Assembly: GCA_963665235.2 (NCBI GenBank)
Contig: CAXXLX010000001.1
Span: 2,048,001-2,112,000, forward strand
DNA from: Candidatus Poribacteria bacterium
Lineage (GTDB): Bacteria; Poribacteria; WGA-4E; WGA-3G
Reading direction: 5' to 3'
DNA: 64,000 nt
Shown here in pieces: positions 40,501-49,493 of the stretch; position 1 is the first letter of the stretch; every line of letters starts with the position of its first letter. A program made the translations under genes and the position numbers. The notes under the pieces are model-generated. The model had not been told where the DNA came from, did no database searches, and was given only the letters and a program-made list of their open reading frames with translations.

Positions 40501-40917
40501 TTTCACGTCAAATTTGTCAAAAGGAAGGATGGCAACGCGCGCCCGGGGCAACGTGTCTAAGCCGCTGAATCTCATAAACTCCTGCACAATGGGATGCGTT
40601 TGTAATTCAGCACCGTGTTCTGCCAAATGTAGCAAGGCAATGAGGGCATGCGTTTTTCCACCGCCGTAAGCGACCTGAACGTTAATAACGGAAGGGCCGC
40701 CTTTTCCAGTTAACCGGAGAAGGACATCTCGTACCAATTTTTTCAGATTATGGGGCGCATAGGTTCGATCGAAAAAAAGATCTGGCACACGATAGACGTT
40801 GAGTGCGTCTCCCGTTCGTACTGCATAGAGATCAGCCGCGAATTCAGAGAGTTCAAGTGTCCCTTGTCTTACATCATCTCTCAAAATACACTGTTCATGC
40901 CAAGCATTTTTGTCCAT
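37552..40917 (-). CDS. DUF499 family AAA+ ATPase
   Basis: FAADLY, AYGGGKTH, LILLDE, SYPFHP and FQRTRGVLR motifs. Confidence 0.88.
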   Translation of the reverse strand: MDKNAWHEQCILRDDVRQGTLELSEFAADLYAVRTGDALNVYRVPDLFFDRTYAPHNLKKLVRDVLLRLTGKGGPSVINVQVAYGGGKTHALIALLHLAEHGAELQTHPIVQEFMRFSGLDTLPRARVAILPFDKFDVKAGLEVVSPDGKKRWVKTPWGALAYQLAGDEGLKKIAEHETDYIAPTQPLLTELLKAPRDEDLSTLILLDEALMYMRNAVIDDPNRLGIFQDFFQGLTQAVASVDRTAIVASLLSFDKAANDPTGTQVLSEIGNIFQRVRESVEPVDRKDVSELLRRRLFEYIPPEKERRAVVNCLVESMKKLPLRASQKDSRAANRLLESYPFHPDLIEVFYQKWTQLTHFQRTRGVLRTFAIALREADGKDISEFIGPTTLLGTDGELSEVIRELVGACDEGTQWPPILTGELERARAVQKELPLLKSREIEAAVIATFLHSQPIGQKAELADLYLLLAHADIDVVSVDKGLSEWRAASWFLKENKDSWALGTNPNLTNMHFHAMRRVTDAQISEDLVKCIRDAKLGRTVDRMNVHTLPQASTDIPDTPELRFVLAAPEYAAVPGEEVSESLAEFFKSTYRNNVIILAPEKSRLLGLQGRIRKILGWQNIESGDDMDLLSEPQKALLLQRKKEDEADILESVISAYSVLIAVDEDGDIKASLLPPGRDSAFERVKAALVDEERLLTTVLDPELLTPESYFDLWGDRQTEKPAQVLYSMFGSMPRLPRLLNWQVFVDTLRRGVAEGRIVLRIVRPDTSLKTYWREPPPAADTDADDFWKKVEIVPIEHAELHNLSAELLRPGQLSEVWPDDSVPTTIGVIRGFFDGDEVPKLVSDDVLLDAIQDAVQNGLVMARHQGKAYLKEKIPDTDITDDTELLTPLVPISGSELTHKTLPDVWENDTTSLSKIMDALAVRKGTPIPWPLIREAVSDGISNNLFEFSSGSPVWPCSAEEADKVGLKVLEVAVPVKITPAELIGQDAADVWASSQPTLESIKAALESKRGVSIPEDVFREAVDRAIESGIIVREGQSSEDWYKTKVRRPAWLKRAESHLTGSQIQDLAETVGDLLDIAPELDFKFRISITAEGEPPSDEVLEQVNAALQKVADPLKFETA

Positions 40918-40984
40918 GGATTCCCTCCTTCACTTTTTCCGCATTGTAAGGGCAATATATTTATAGGAACAGGATTTCCCCATT

Positions 40985-41075
40985 AGTCCCAGTATTCGGG
41001 CAAGCAGCCCGCTCCTTAAAGACGATATGTTTATAGAGGTTAGTGCGAATAGACATTTATTATCAAGCTCACGTT
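40985..41075 (+). repeat. REP/MITE remnant carrying the AGTATTCGGGC micro-element
   Basis: Homologous to 19848-19937. Confidence 0.7.
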
Positions 41076-41095
41076 ATATTAGGCATTGTCCAGTC

Positions 41096-41139
41096 AAGTT
41101 TAGCACGATTCGCATGCTAACGTCAAGCAAAATTCGCAA
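41096..41139 (-). promoter_or_regulatory. Promoter with TGCGAAT direct repeats upstream of the DUF499 gene
   Basis: TTGACG-N17-TAAACT with extended TG. Near-copy of 35538-35581. Confidence 0.6.
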
Positions 41140-41261
41140 AAAAATATTCTGTTCTCATACACTGTTCTGTCTATGAACACAGAGCAACCCGTGAACGGTT
41201 ATTGGCTACCGGGCAGCCCCTTAAGCAGATGTTGCACACCTGCTTCTCTCTGAGATCATAA

Positions 41262-44180
41262 TCACATCTTTTCAAACGTAAGCTGCCCTTCGGGTTCACT
41301 GGTCCGGCCTGGACCCGAGCGGACCGGGCTTACCGATTCTCCCGGTTCATAATTGATGAGTGTTTCCAAAAGCGATCTCTCGCTAGAATCTTGGGGACTC
41401 GTTTCGATAAGTGCCTGAACGACAGCCTTGAAGAGTGTGTTTTCTTGAAGGCCGTACTCCTGGAAGTAACCGTTGATTTGTGCTGTTTCGCCCGCGTCCC
41501 AAAGATTCATGATTCGGTGAAGCATGTCTATCATAGGAAGCCTACCAGAGGGGTGAGCATAACCAACCCGCTCTGAAGTACGCTCGGTGTGTCCCAGCAA
41601 CTTGAGCGCGCTACCTGACGACGCTTTCTTGAGTATGCCGATCTGTGCCGCCCTTAAATCGTCAAGTGATAACCCATATCCTTGCGCCAATAGAATGCAC
41701 TCCCCCACCGGTGCGTTTTCTGTCCCAAAGTGATTTCTGTGCATCAGATAATAGCGGGTCCATTCGTCTAGTGCTTCGGTGCGTGCACCGTGCAGAATCT
41801 GCCCTAAGGCGAAGTCAGTGACGATACGCCGGACCTCTGTAAGAAATTCCGTTACAGTGAACGCCGTCCCATCCATGCGTTTAACTTCCTTGTAACTGGA
41901 ATAGCTTTCCAGGGCGGGCCCGATTGCTGCCCAAACGAAGTCAGGCCCTTGAATCCCAACGTCCCAAAAATAGCGGAGACGTTCGGTAATCCGTTCCTGC
42001 ATCTCGCGTTTAACTTTGCCATAGTGCCCTACTTTCGCTTTTGTGGGACGCTTTCGGCAGACGAGCCAAAGTGAGGTAGCAAGTGCAGCACTTCCCTGAG
42101 CACTCTGCCTGTTCCCTTTTTCAGTGTCAATCGGCCAAGAGGCCGTAACCACTAAACCGGATCCAATCATCGCTTTAACAAGGGTTTCCCAAGCATCCGG
42201 ATCCTTATGAGCAAACACAATAACTATCCTACCATCGTCACACAATGAATCGTTGGCTGCTTGGAAGCTTTCCGCCATACCATTCTCGTAAAATTCTTTA
42301 CCAATCCTACCTCTTTCACCCGTTTTGTGTTGTTGAACTAACTCATCCTCTTTCGGAACCAACTCATTCCCTAAAAACTCTGGAAAGCAATCTTTGATAG
42401 CTCGACGGAGCCATACGTAGAAGAAGTCGGAAATGTCTGAATAAGGTATTGCATCATAGTAGGGCGGATCAGTGATGATGGTTTCAACTTGTAAGTTTAT
42501 TGGATGAGTAGCAGATTGACGTAGAATTGTACAATTTGGAGTTCCCTCTCCGTGAACTCGGCTGGCTGTTTCCATAGAATCAAGAATTTTGTCAAGACAG
42601 AATTGGTAACTCCCACGCACTTCATGCGGAATGGCCGCCTCGCTGAAATCCCAAGTCATTGGAAGAGCATATCTGACGAAAGCATGCCCGATTGCCTCTG
42701 AGCTCAAAAGCCAATAAATCAAGGTCGAGCTGTGAGCCAACATTCTGTCAAATGTACAAGCCAAATATCCGTTAATCGCCTCCACCCACTTTGACGAATA
42801 TCCATTTTGTTTCATTTCTTCTTGCGCTGCGTGCGTCCATTTCACAAATTGCATCAACGTTAACAACTGTCGATCTGTAAACAAATGGGACCACGTCTTG
42901 AATCCATAATCAGGCAACTGAGAACCGACAGCCCTGTGCCGCTCTTTGCTTGGTAAGGGTTCATCGGGTAGTCCATGCAGGATTTCGCCAGCACTCGCTT
43001 TTAATACTTCTGTCGGTATTTTCGCTGCCTCCATTTCCTCTTGTGTCGGTGGACGATACTCCTTGCCGTATTCCTCTTGGTAAACAACAGTTGTCAGCTG
43101 TGCATTAAGTTTTCCCTCATGGCCACATCGCTTGATGTAGTCCGTCGGTTGCTGCGATTCACAAAATGGACAGGTTGCTGTTGAACCTGACATTGTAGGT
43201 TTGCCAACATCGTCTGCATTTTTCGGCACAACAATCTCAAAGTGAACCCGCTTCGTCTTGTGATCGGGATAAAGTTTAAGATTACGCTTGCTGTTGATAA
43301 TGACTTTCGTCTGTTTTTTTAATTTTTTAATTCGGAGGAAGTCAGGACGGTTCCGATTTTCGGGTGTATCTTTAAGGGTTTTCTCCGCCTCCGTGCAAAT
43401 CTTCAACGTCTTGAGTAACGGCACCGTCGCTCCACACTGTGGGTCTTGACACGGAATTGTTCTTGCCCAGAGATAGGCAACCGTCAGTTTGTTATCAATT
43501 GTTGGATAGTATTGTACAAGCTCTTTGCGGGCATTTTCCAAGACCCACTGTCCCCACAATCGGACATGATCAGCAAGATCACCGTTTCCGACATCCGGTT
43601 TTTCATCAAACTCCAAAACAGGGAGCGGATACGTTTTTCCGGCAAGACGTTGCGGATATTCAAGTGTACATTTGAGAATAAACCATGCAACCGGGTTATA
43701 GTCGTTTGCTATGACTTCACAACCGAGCCGCATCGCTTCAAGCGGAATTGCCCCACCACCTGCAAACATATCTAAAACTTTCGGAGGTTTTCCATCATAA
43801 GCTAGCAGGATGAGCTCTCTGGCGATTCGAAGTTTATTAACCCACCGGCCCTTCTTGTCTTTCGCGTCCCAATCACCGTGGCCGTTTTCGTCCTTCCACC
43901 GGGTCAGTGAACCGATGAGGGTATTACAGAGATAATCGCGCTGTTTTTCAGGTAAGGGTGAACCAGAAAGACGCGTGTATTCCGCCTTCATTTTTTCAGG
44001 GGCATCGGCAGGATCTGGGAGCAATGTCGCTATCGTTACGGCTCGACATGCAGCGAGTGGCCGGCGTGCTGGCCAAACGTGAAGCGAGGAGATATGTCCG
44101 TGGTTTATCCTCTTTTCATGTTTTGAATCTTCGGAGACCTTTTTCAGTGGAAAGGCTTCCTCGATGAGTCTACGTGCCAA
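41262..44180 (-). CDS. DUF1156 domain adenine DNA methyltransferase
   Basis: LHVWPARRPLAACRA, DMFAGGGAIPLE and catalytic TDPPYY motifs. Confidence 0.9.
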   Translation of the reverse strand: MARRLIEEAFPLKKVSEDSKHEKRINHGHISSLHVWPARRPLAACRAVTIATLLPDPADAPEKMKAEYTRLSGSPLPEKQRDYLCNTLIGSLTRWKDENGHGDWDAKDKKGRWVNKLRIARELILLAYDGKPPKVLDMFAGGGAIPLEAMRLGCEVIANDYNPVAWFILKCTLEYPQRLAGKTYPLPVLEFDEKPDVGNGDLADHVRLWGQWVLENARKELVQYYPTIDNKLTVAYLWARTIPCQDPQCGATVPLLKTLKICTEAEKTLKDTPENRNRPDFLRIKKLKKQTKVIINSKRNLKLYPDHKTKRVHFEIVVPKNADDVGKPTMSGSTATCPFCESQQPTDYIKRCGHEGKLNAQLTTVVYQEEYGKEYRPPTQEEMEAAKIPTEVLKASAGEILHGLPDEPLPSKERHRAVGSQLPDYGFKTWSHLFTDRQLLTLMQFVKWTHAAQEEMKQNGYSSKWVEAINGYLACTFDRMLAHSSTLIYWLLSSEAIGHAFVRYALPMTWDFSEAAIPHEVRGSYQFCLDKILDSMETASRVHGEGTPNCTILRQSATHPINLQVETIITDPPYYDAIPYSDISDFFYVWLRRAIKDCFPEFLGNELVPKEDELVQQHKTGERGRIGKEFYENGMAESFQAANDSLCDDGRIVIVFAHKDPDAWETLVKAMIGSGLVVTASWPIDTEKGNRQSAQGSAALATSLWLVCRKRPTKAKVGHYGKVKREMQERITERLRYFWDVGIQGPDFVWAAIGPALESYSSYKEVKRMDGTAFTVTEFLTEVRRIVTDFALGQILHGARTEALDEWTRYYLMHRNHFGTENAPVGECILLAQGYGLSLDDLRAAQIGILKKASSGSALKLLGHTERTSERVGYAHPSGRLPMIDMLHRIMNLWDAGETAQINGYFQEYGLQENTLFKAVVQALIETSPQDSSERSLLETLINYEPGESVSPVRSGPGRTSEPEGQLTFEKM

Positions 44181-44237
44181 TTCGGTTTTTCCTTTCGGTC
44201 AGTGCTGCCGCTAGTGCTTTGTTACCTTTCAATAAGC

Positions 44238-44319
44238 TGCTATAAACATATCGTCCCTACGGGACTGATAGGGGAGGGTTGGTCTTTGCTGCTATAAATA
44301 TATCGTCCCTACGGGACTG
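44238..44319 (-). repeat. Two REP units (AGTCCCGTAGGGACGATAT-TTTATAGC)
   Basis: Direct repeats at ~44238 and ~44291. Confidence 0.72.
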
Positions 44320-44651
44320 AAGAGCATCATTCCTATTTAGAAAAATCCTTTTGCCATTCGCTAATTTGCTAATTGCCAAAGAGATTGTTACGCACCTTAA
44401 AATCCGCGATTTGCGGCGTACTCGCCCAAATGCGACGTGCATTCAGACAACACCCGCGAAATCCACCCTTCCACTTTTCCACCACTCCCTTTGACAAAAA
44501 CTTCACTCCCCTAAAATTGCCCAAAGTTTAGTATAACACAATTTGACAAAACATAGCAAACTTTTTTTGCCGACCCCCTATGGCGTGAACGAAACATCAT
44601 AGCAATTGCGTTCTCAGTGCTTGTGTTTTGTAGCCTCTTCCAGGTAGGAAA

Positions 44652-47600
44652 CTAAACAGAGCCCTTTATGATATCACCGGCTTTAATAATTACACTCCCC
44701 GTGGGTTTCGCAATAAGATTAGCAAAGGGGTCTCGGCATGGGTATAGCTTCGGTTCAGTGTCACAATGATAGACAACATAGAGCCAATAGCGATTGCCAT
44801 GATTTGCAGCTTGCCGCCATTCATTTGCTGTCAACTCGACATTAGCAAGGCCTGCACGACCTTTGACTTCAATATAACGCACCTCACCGTTTGGGCGTGT
44901 AGATTGTAAATCAAACCCCTTTTTGAGGTTTGGGTTGGAAACATCTTTGACCACCGCCCCGTGCTGGCGTTCATATTCTAGAGCAGTTTTAAGTGCTATA
45001 GCCTCGGTATCTCGTAATATTTTCGTTGCCCCCGCGTCGTCAGCTGGTGGTGGCATTACAAAGGCGCGGACATAAATGCTTACCGGCCCCAGTTGAAGGT
45101 TTTCTATTTCTGCTTTGAGTTTCGCTTCCGCCTCCTCACGTTTTTCAGGAAGTGCTTTGAGTTCCTGCTCACAGTGGTTTAGCTTTGTCTGTGCTGCGGG
45201 AGTGCCTTTTTCAACAGCGTCTCTGAGAATACCTCGCTGTTTAAGCAGTTCTGACTCACGCAAGTTAGAGGAGACTTTAATCTGTTCCCTTCTCTTTTCC
45301 AACTCGCTCTGGAGTTCATTTTGGATATGAATCAATTTCGGGTTTCCGGAGTTTTCACGTACGAAATTTTTAACGGATTCTGTTTCGTCAGCAAGTTCAA
45401 TCCATTCGGTGGACAAAGTTGTAGGAACGTGCGATTCTGCCGTTCTCGGCGTTAAGGTCAATAAGAGGTGCGCCGGTGTTTTCTCACAGCGTCCATCCGC
45501 AAAACGTTTAATTCCGACAAGCATTTCATCAAGGACATGCGATTCGTTATCAGTTTGTCGCATCAGAGGCACTCTCGTTAAATAGAATAGATACGGCTCA
45601 TCTGTTTCCGGATCGAAATAGATTGCGCCGCGTTCCCCTTCGGCGTTGAATTTTTCCAGAAAGCGGGCGCGAATTACGTCAAAAATCGGTTCGCCGGGGT
45701 GTAGAAAAATCGCTTCGGGTTTGTCAGATGCGGCGGGCAGCGCGAGCTCGCGTGAGAACGTTAAGCGGTCTTGCAAATCTATTGGATATTGATTGATAGC
45801 ATTTTTCAAAAACGTAGGACACTCGACTAGCTTGAACGTCTCTTCAATATTGCCCTCAATATTGTAACCGAGATGGGGGGCTGCATCCTCAAGGAATCCG
45901 CGCACATAAGCAGGGAGCATCCGCAGCGTTTCAGCGGATTCCCGCTGCTGCCGAACAGTGCCGAGTAAACGTTTGACTTCACTACACGACACAAATTTCT
46001 GCTGAGCGTCAAGCTGGTTTCGTATATTTTCCGGTGTTAATTGGGTGTTGATAGCTCGAATTGAGGTGTCGACTTGATTCTCTGCGATAGCTTTTGTAAT
46101 AAGCTCGGACAAAGAAATTTCGCTAAATTGTTGTCCGATGACATCAAAGACCTTATCGTCTTTCAATTCTTCACGCATCTTCTCTAATTTTTCCAATAAC
46201 ACTTTTAACACGCGGCCCTCACGTGTCCCTTCGGCGACAAGATTTAACAAAACCACCGTGCGTGTCTGTTTATATCGGTGAATCCGTCCCATCCGCTGTT
46301 CAAGTCGTGCGGGGTTCCACGGAATATCGTAGTTGACCATGAGCCAGCAGAATTGAAGATTGATGCCCTCCCCGGCGGCATCAGTTGCGACAAGGTATTG
46401 CGCGCCGTTCGGGTCACGAAAGAATTTGACCTCTTCTTCGCGTTCACTATATTTCATGCCACCGTGGATCTGAGCAATTCTTCCGGTAAATCCCAATGCC
46501 TCTAAGCGTCTAATGACAAAATTCATCGTGTCGCGATGTTCTGTAAAAATCAGAACTTTTGTGTCTGGATACCTCTTTAATGCCTCCCATAGCTTTTCAA
46601 ACTTACTTTCGGTTTTGAGGTTGTAAACTTTGTTTGCAAGTTCCGTTAGGGCTTGAACGTGAGCGATTTCCGTTTCAAGCTCGTCAATAGAACGTGCGGC
46701 GGTAGCACGTTCAAGCTCCTCATCAACCTGTTCAGCTTCCTCTTTTCCATCAATGATTTCCTCTTCATCCCCCGTTTTTTCTGCTCTGATATCGACGTAT
46801 GTCAATTCCGATTGTGCTTTCTGTAGCTGTTGTGTCGACAAGCTTCCATCTTGAAGGTTTCGGAGAATGGTTTGTAGTTTTTTCGCGCGTCTGATAAGGC
46901 TCTGCCATAGTGCAAATGTTGAGCTGGCAAGTCGTCTTTGTAAAACCATCGTCGCCATCTTTGCCGCGTGCTGGTTATATTGGCCAGCAAGATCGAAATA
47001 GGTTTCACAATACTCCGTGACCGCATTGTACAACGATTGCTCACTAATTTCCCCCTGCTTCAGCGGGTAAGCGATAGTCCGGCTAAGCCGAGGCGGGTAG
47101 ATAAGTTTTTCATCAAAAGTAATCATCTCCTCCTTCATACGTCGGAGCAGATGTTTCGATTTGTCGTCGGCACTCAAACGTTCGAACGCTTTTTGTGCAG
47201 CGAGGTGTTCAGGCAGAAGTAGCCGCCAGAGAAAATAGTAGGCATCATCTTTCCCCATGTGGGGTGTTGCTGTCAGCAATAGTAAACTCTTTTCCTGTTC
47301 TGCGATTTTTTCAGCAAGTTGGTATCGCTTCGATTTCGTTACCGTTCCATCTAACTCAAATCGCGCGGAGAGTTTGTGTGCCTCGTCAAAAACAATTAAA
47401 TCGTAAGGTGGCGCGTCAAAAAGGCAGTCCTGCATTCGCGATTGCCTTAGGGTATCAAGACTTACAATGGCGAGCCGATTTTTGTCATCCATAAACGGAT
47501 TTGCATCGGCAGCATCACTCCCCGACAAAATGCGGAATTGGAGTCGAAAACAGACGCGTAGTTCACGTTCCCAGTTGCCAATCAATCCCGCTGGTGGCAC

Positions 47601-48080
47601 AATTAGGATACGCTCAACTCGCTGCCGCAGTAAAAGCTCCTGGATATAGAGGCCTGTCATAATCGTCTTTCCAGCCCCCGCATCATCAGCCAACAGAAAA
47701 CGCAGCGGAAAATGTTTCAGTAGATGTTCATAGACCGCGATATATTGATGAGGCAATGGATCGATAAGTGATGTTTCCGTTCCAAACAGCGGATTGAACA
47801 GATAGGCGTGGCGAAGGCGATACGCTTCAGCGACAAGCCTTACTAAATTTGCCTCAGCTTCAAAAGCATCTGATACAATCTCAAACCGTGCTCCAAATTC
47901 TTCGATGGAATAGGTAAACGGCCCAGCAGCATCGTTCTGAAAATAGAGACAAACGGATGAACTATGCTTTTGAACCTGCGAAATTACCAACTCCCTCTTC
48001 CGATATTTATCAATCAAGGACATCCCGGGTTGAAGGGTGTCAATATGAATTGCGTTTGTTTGTCGTTCTAGAGAATTCAT
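44652..48080 (-). CDS. SNF2-family helicase with C-terminal DUF3883 PD-(D/E)xK nuclease domain
   Basis: LLADDAGAGKT, FDEAH, LTATPH and EQRMGRIHR; C-terminal GFDLQS...YIEVKGR. Confidence 0.9.
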   Translation of the reverse strand: MNSLERQTNAIHIDTLQPGMSLIDKYRKRELVISQVQKHSSSVCLYFQNDAAGPFTYSIEEFGARFEIVSDAFEAEANLVRLVAEAYRLRHAYLFNPLFGTETSLIDPLPHQYIAVYEHLLKHFPLRFLLADDAGAGKTIMTGLYIQELLLRQRVERILIVPPAGLIGNWERELRVCFRLQFRILSGSDAADANPFMDDKNRLAIVSLDTLRQSRMQDCLFDAPPYDLIVFDEAHKLSARFELDGTVTKSKRYQLAEKIAEQEKSLLLLTATPHMGKDDAYYFLWRLLLPEHLAAQKAFERLSADDKSKHLLRRMKEEMITFDEKLIYPPRLSRTIAYPLKQGEISEQSLYNAVTEYCETYFDLAGQYNQHAAKMATMVLQRRLASSTFALWQSLIRRAKKLQTILRNLQDGSLSTQQLQKAQSELTYVDIRAEKTGDEEEIIDGKEEAEQVDEELERATAARSIDELETEIAHVQALTELANKVYNLKTESKFEKLWEALKRYPDTKVLIFTEHRDTMNFVIRRLEALGFTGRIAQIHGGMKYSEREEEVKFFRDPNGAQYLVATDAAGEGINLQFCWLMVNYDIPWNPARLEQRMGRIHRYKQTRTVVLLNLVAEGTREGRVLKVLLEKLEKMREELKDDKVFDVIGQQFSEISLSELITKAIAENQVDTSIRAINTQLTPENIRNQLDAQQKFVSCSEVKRLLGTVRQQRESAETLRMLPAYVRGFLEDAAPHLGYNIEGNIEETFKLVECPTFLKNAINQYPIDLQDRLTFSRELALPAASDKPEAIFLHPGEPIFDVIRARFLEKFNAEGERGAIYFDPETDEPYLFYLTRVPLMRQTDNESHVLDEMLVGIKRFADGRCEKTPAHLLLTLTPRTAESHVPTTLSTEWIELADETESVKNFVRENSGNPKLIHIQNELQSELEKRREQIKVSSNLRESELLKQRGILRDAVEKGTPAAQTKLNHCEQELKALPEKREEAEAKLKAEIENLQLGPVSIYVRAFVMPPPADDAGATKILRDTEAIALKTALEYERQHGAVVKDVSNPNLKKGFDLQSTRPNGEVRYIEVKGRAGLANVELTANEWRQAANHGNRYWLYVVYHCDTEPKLYPCRDPFANLIAKPTGSVIIKAGDIIKGSV

Positions 48081-48138
48081 GCTACTGTCCGGAAATTTTC
48101 ACTGTTTAGGACTCTGGTGCGAATTAGATTGCCACAAA

Positions 48139-49437
48139 TCATTTTTTCATAACCGCTTCAATTTCATCAATCTCTTTCGGAATCGTATCCGTTAGAATTT
48201 CACAACCGTCCTCCGTCACCAAAATATCATCCTCAATACGCACCCCTATCCCGAGATATTCAGGCGGCACCCGTTTCGTCTTCTCGGCAACATACAGCCC
48301 GGGTTCAATTGTTATCACCATCCCCGGTTGAAAAGTTTTGTACTCACCATCCCGTTCATGGACACAATTCACATCGTGAACATCCAAACCGAGCATGTGT
48401 CCAATCCTGTACATATAAAACTTCCTGTATGCCTTTTTCTTAATCAATTTCTCTTTTTTACCTGCTAAAAGACCGAGGTGAAGCATACCCTCTGTCAGCA
48501 ACTCGATCGATTTTTGGTGCGGTTCGTCAATAGAAACGCCAGGGCCGATACCCTCAATAATAGCTTTTTCTGCCTCCAGGACAACCTGATAGATTTGCCG
48601 TTGTGCTTCAGTAAAAGTGCTGTTTGCGGGAAAAGTTCGGGTGACATCTCCGCAGTATCGGTCATATTCAGCCCCCGCATCGAGGAGCACAAGGTCGCCA
48701 TCCTGAATTTGACGGTTGTTCGTTCTATAGTGGAGCGTCGTTGCATTTCCGCCGCTTGCCACAATACTCGGAAAAGCCGTACCGTTTGCCCCATTTTGTC
48801 GGAACGTAGCCTCAACAATCGCCTCTAATTCGTATTCGTACATGCCCGGGCGCACCGCCTGCATCGCCGCGATATGTCCAGCTGACGTAATGTCCGCAGC
48901 CCGTCGGATGCGGTCGAGTTCTGTCTCATTTTTGATTAACCGCATCTCACTCAGGATTGGACTCGGGTCCGTGAGTGTATCAAACCCCTTCCCCGTTCTG
49001 ATTCGAGCTCTGACAGCCTGCTGAAACCGTGTAAGGATTTCTGTATCAAGGTTTGTATTTGAACCCAGCGTATAATAGAGCCTTTCCGCCTTTTTCAGGT
49101 ACCGGTTTATCCTTTTGGGAAATTTGTCTATCGGATACGCCTTATCCGCGCCGTAATGTTTACAAGCATTTCGTACACCGACCCGTTTACCGTCCCAGAT
49201 TTCTGCCTTTTTGTTCTTCGGCAGAACGAATAGGATATATTGATGTTTCGGGTGGTCCGGAGCAAGTACACATATAGCGTTCGGTTCTTCAAACCCCGTT
49301 AGGTAATAAAAATTGGGGTCCGGGTTATAAATATGTGTTGTATCGTGGTTTCGCATAGCCGGCGTAGCATTCGCGAAGATTGCCACACTACCCGGAGCCA
49401 TCTGTTTCATAAATTTCTTACGATTTTTTTCGTGCAT
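48139..49437 (-). CDS. pepP: Xaa-Pro aminopeptidase
   Basis: LLDAG, GDVTRTFP, GHMLGLDVHD, TIEPGLY and GVRIEDD motifs. Confidence 0.92.
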   Translation of the reverse strand: MHEKNRKKFMKQMAPGSVAIFANATPAMRNHDTTHIYNPDPNFYYLTGFEEPNAICVLAPDHPKHQYILFVLPKNKKAEIWDGKRVGVRNACKHYGADKAYPIDKFPKRINRYLKKAERLYYTLGSNTNLDTEILTRFQQAVRARIRTGKGFDTLTDPSPILSEMRLIKNETELDRIRRAADITSAGHIAAMQAVRPGMYEYELEAIVEATFRQNGANGTAFPSIVASGGNATTLHYRTNNRQIQDGDLVLLDAGAEYDRYCGDVTRTFPANSTFTEAQRQIYQVVLEAEKAIIEGIGPGVSIDEPHQKSIELLTEGMLHLGLLAGKKEKLIKKKAYRKFYMYRIGHMLGLDVHDVNCVHERDGEYKTFQPGMVITIEPGLYVAEKTKRVPPEYLGIGVRIEDDILVTEDGCEILTDTIPKEIDEIEAVMKK

Positions 49438-49493
49438 ACTGTTTTCCTAGATATATCAGGCGATTGTAACCGTCGCCTGCCTTTACAATATTT

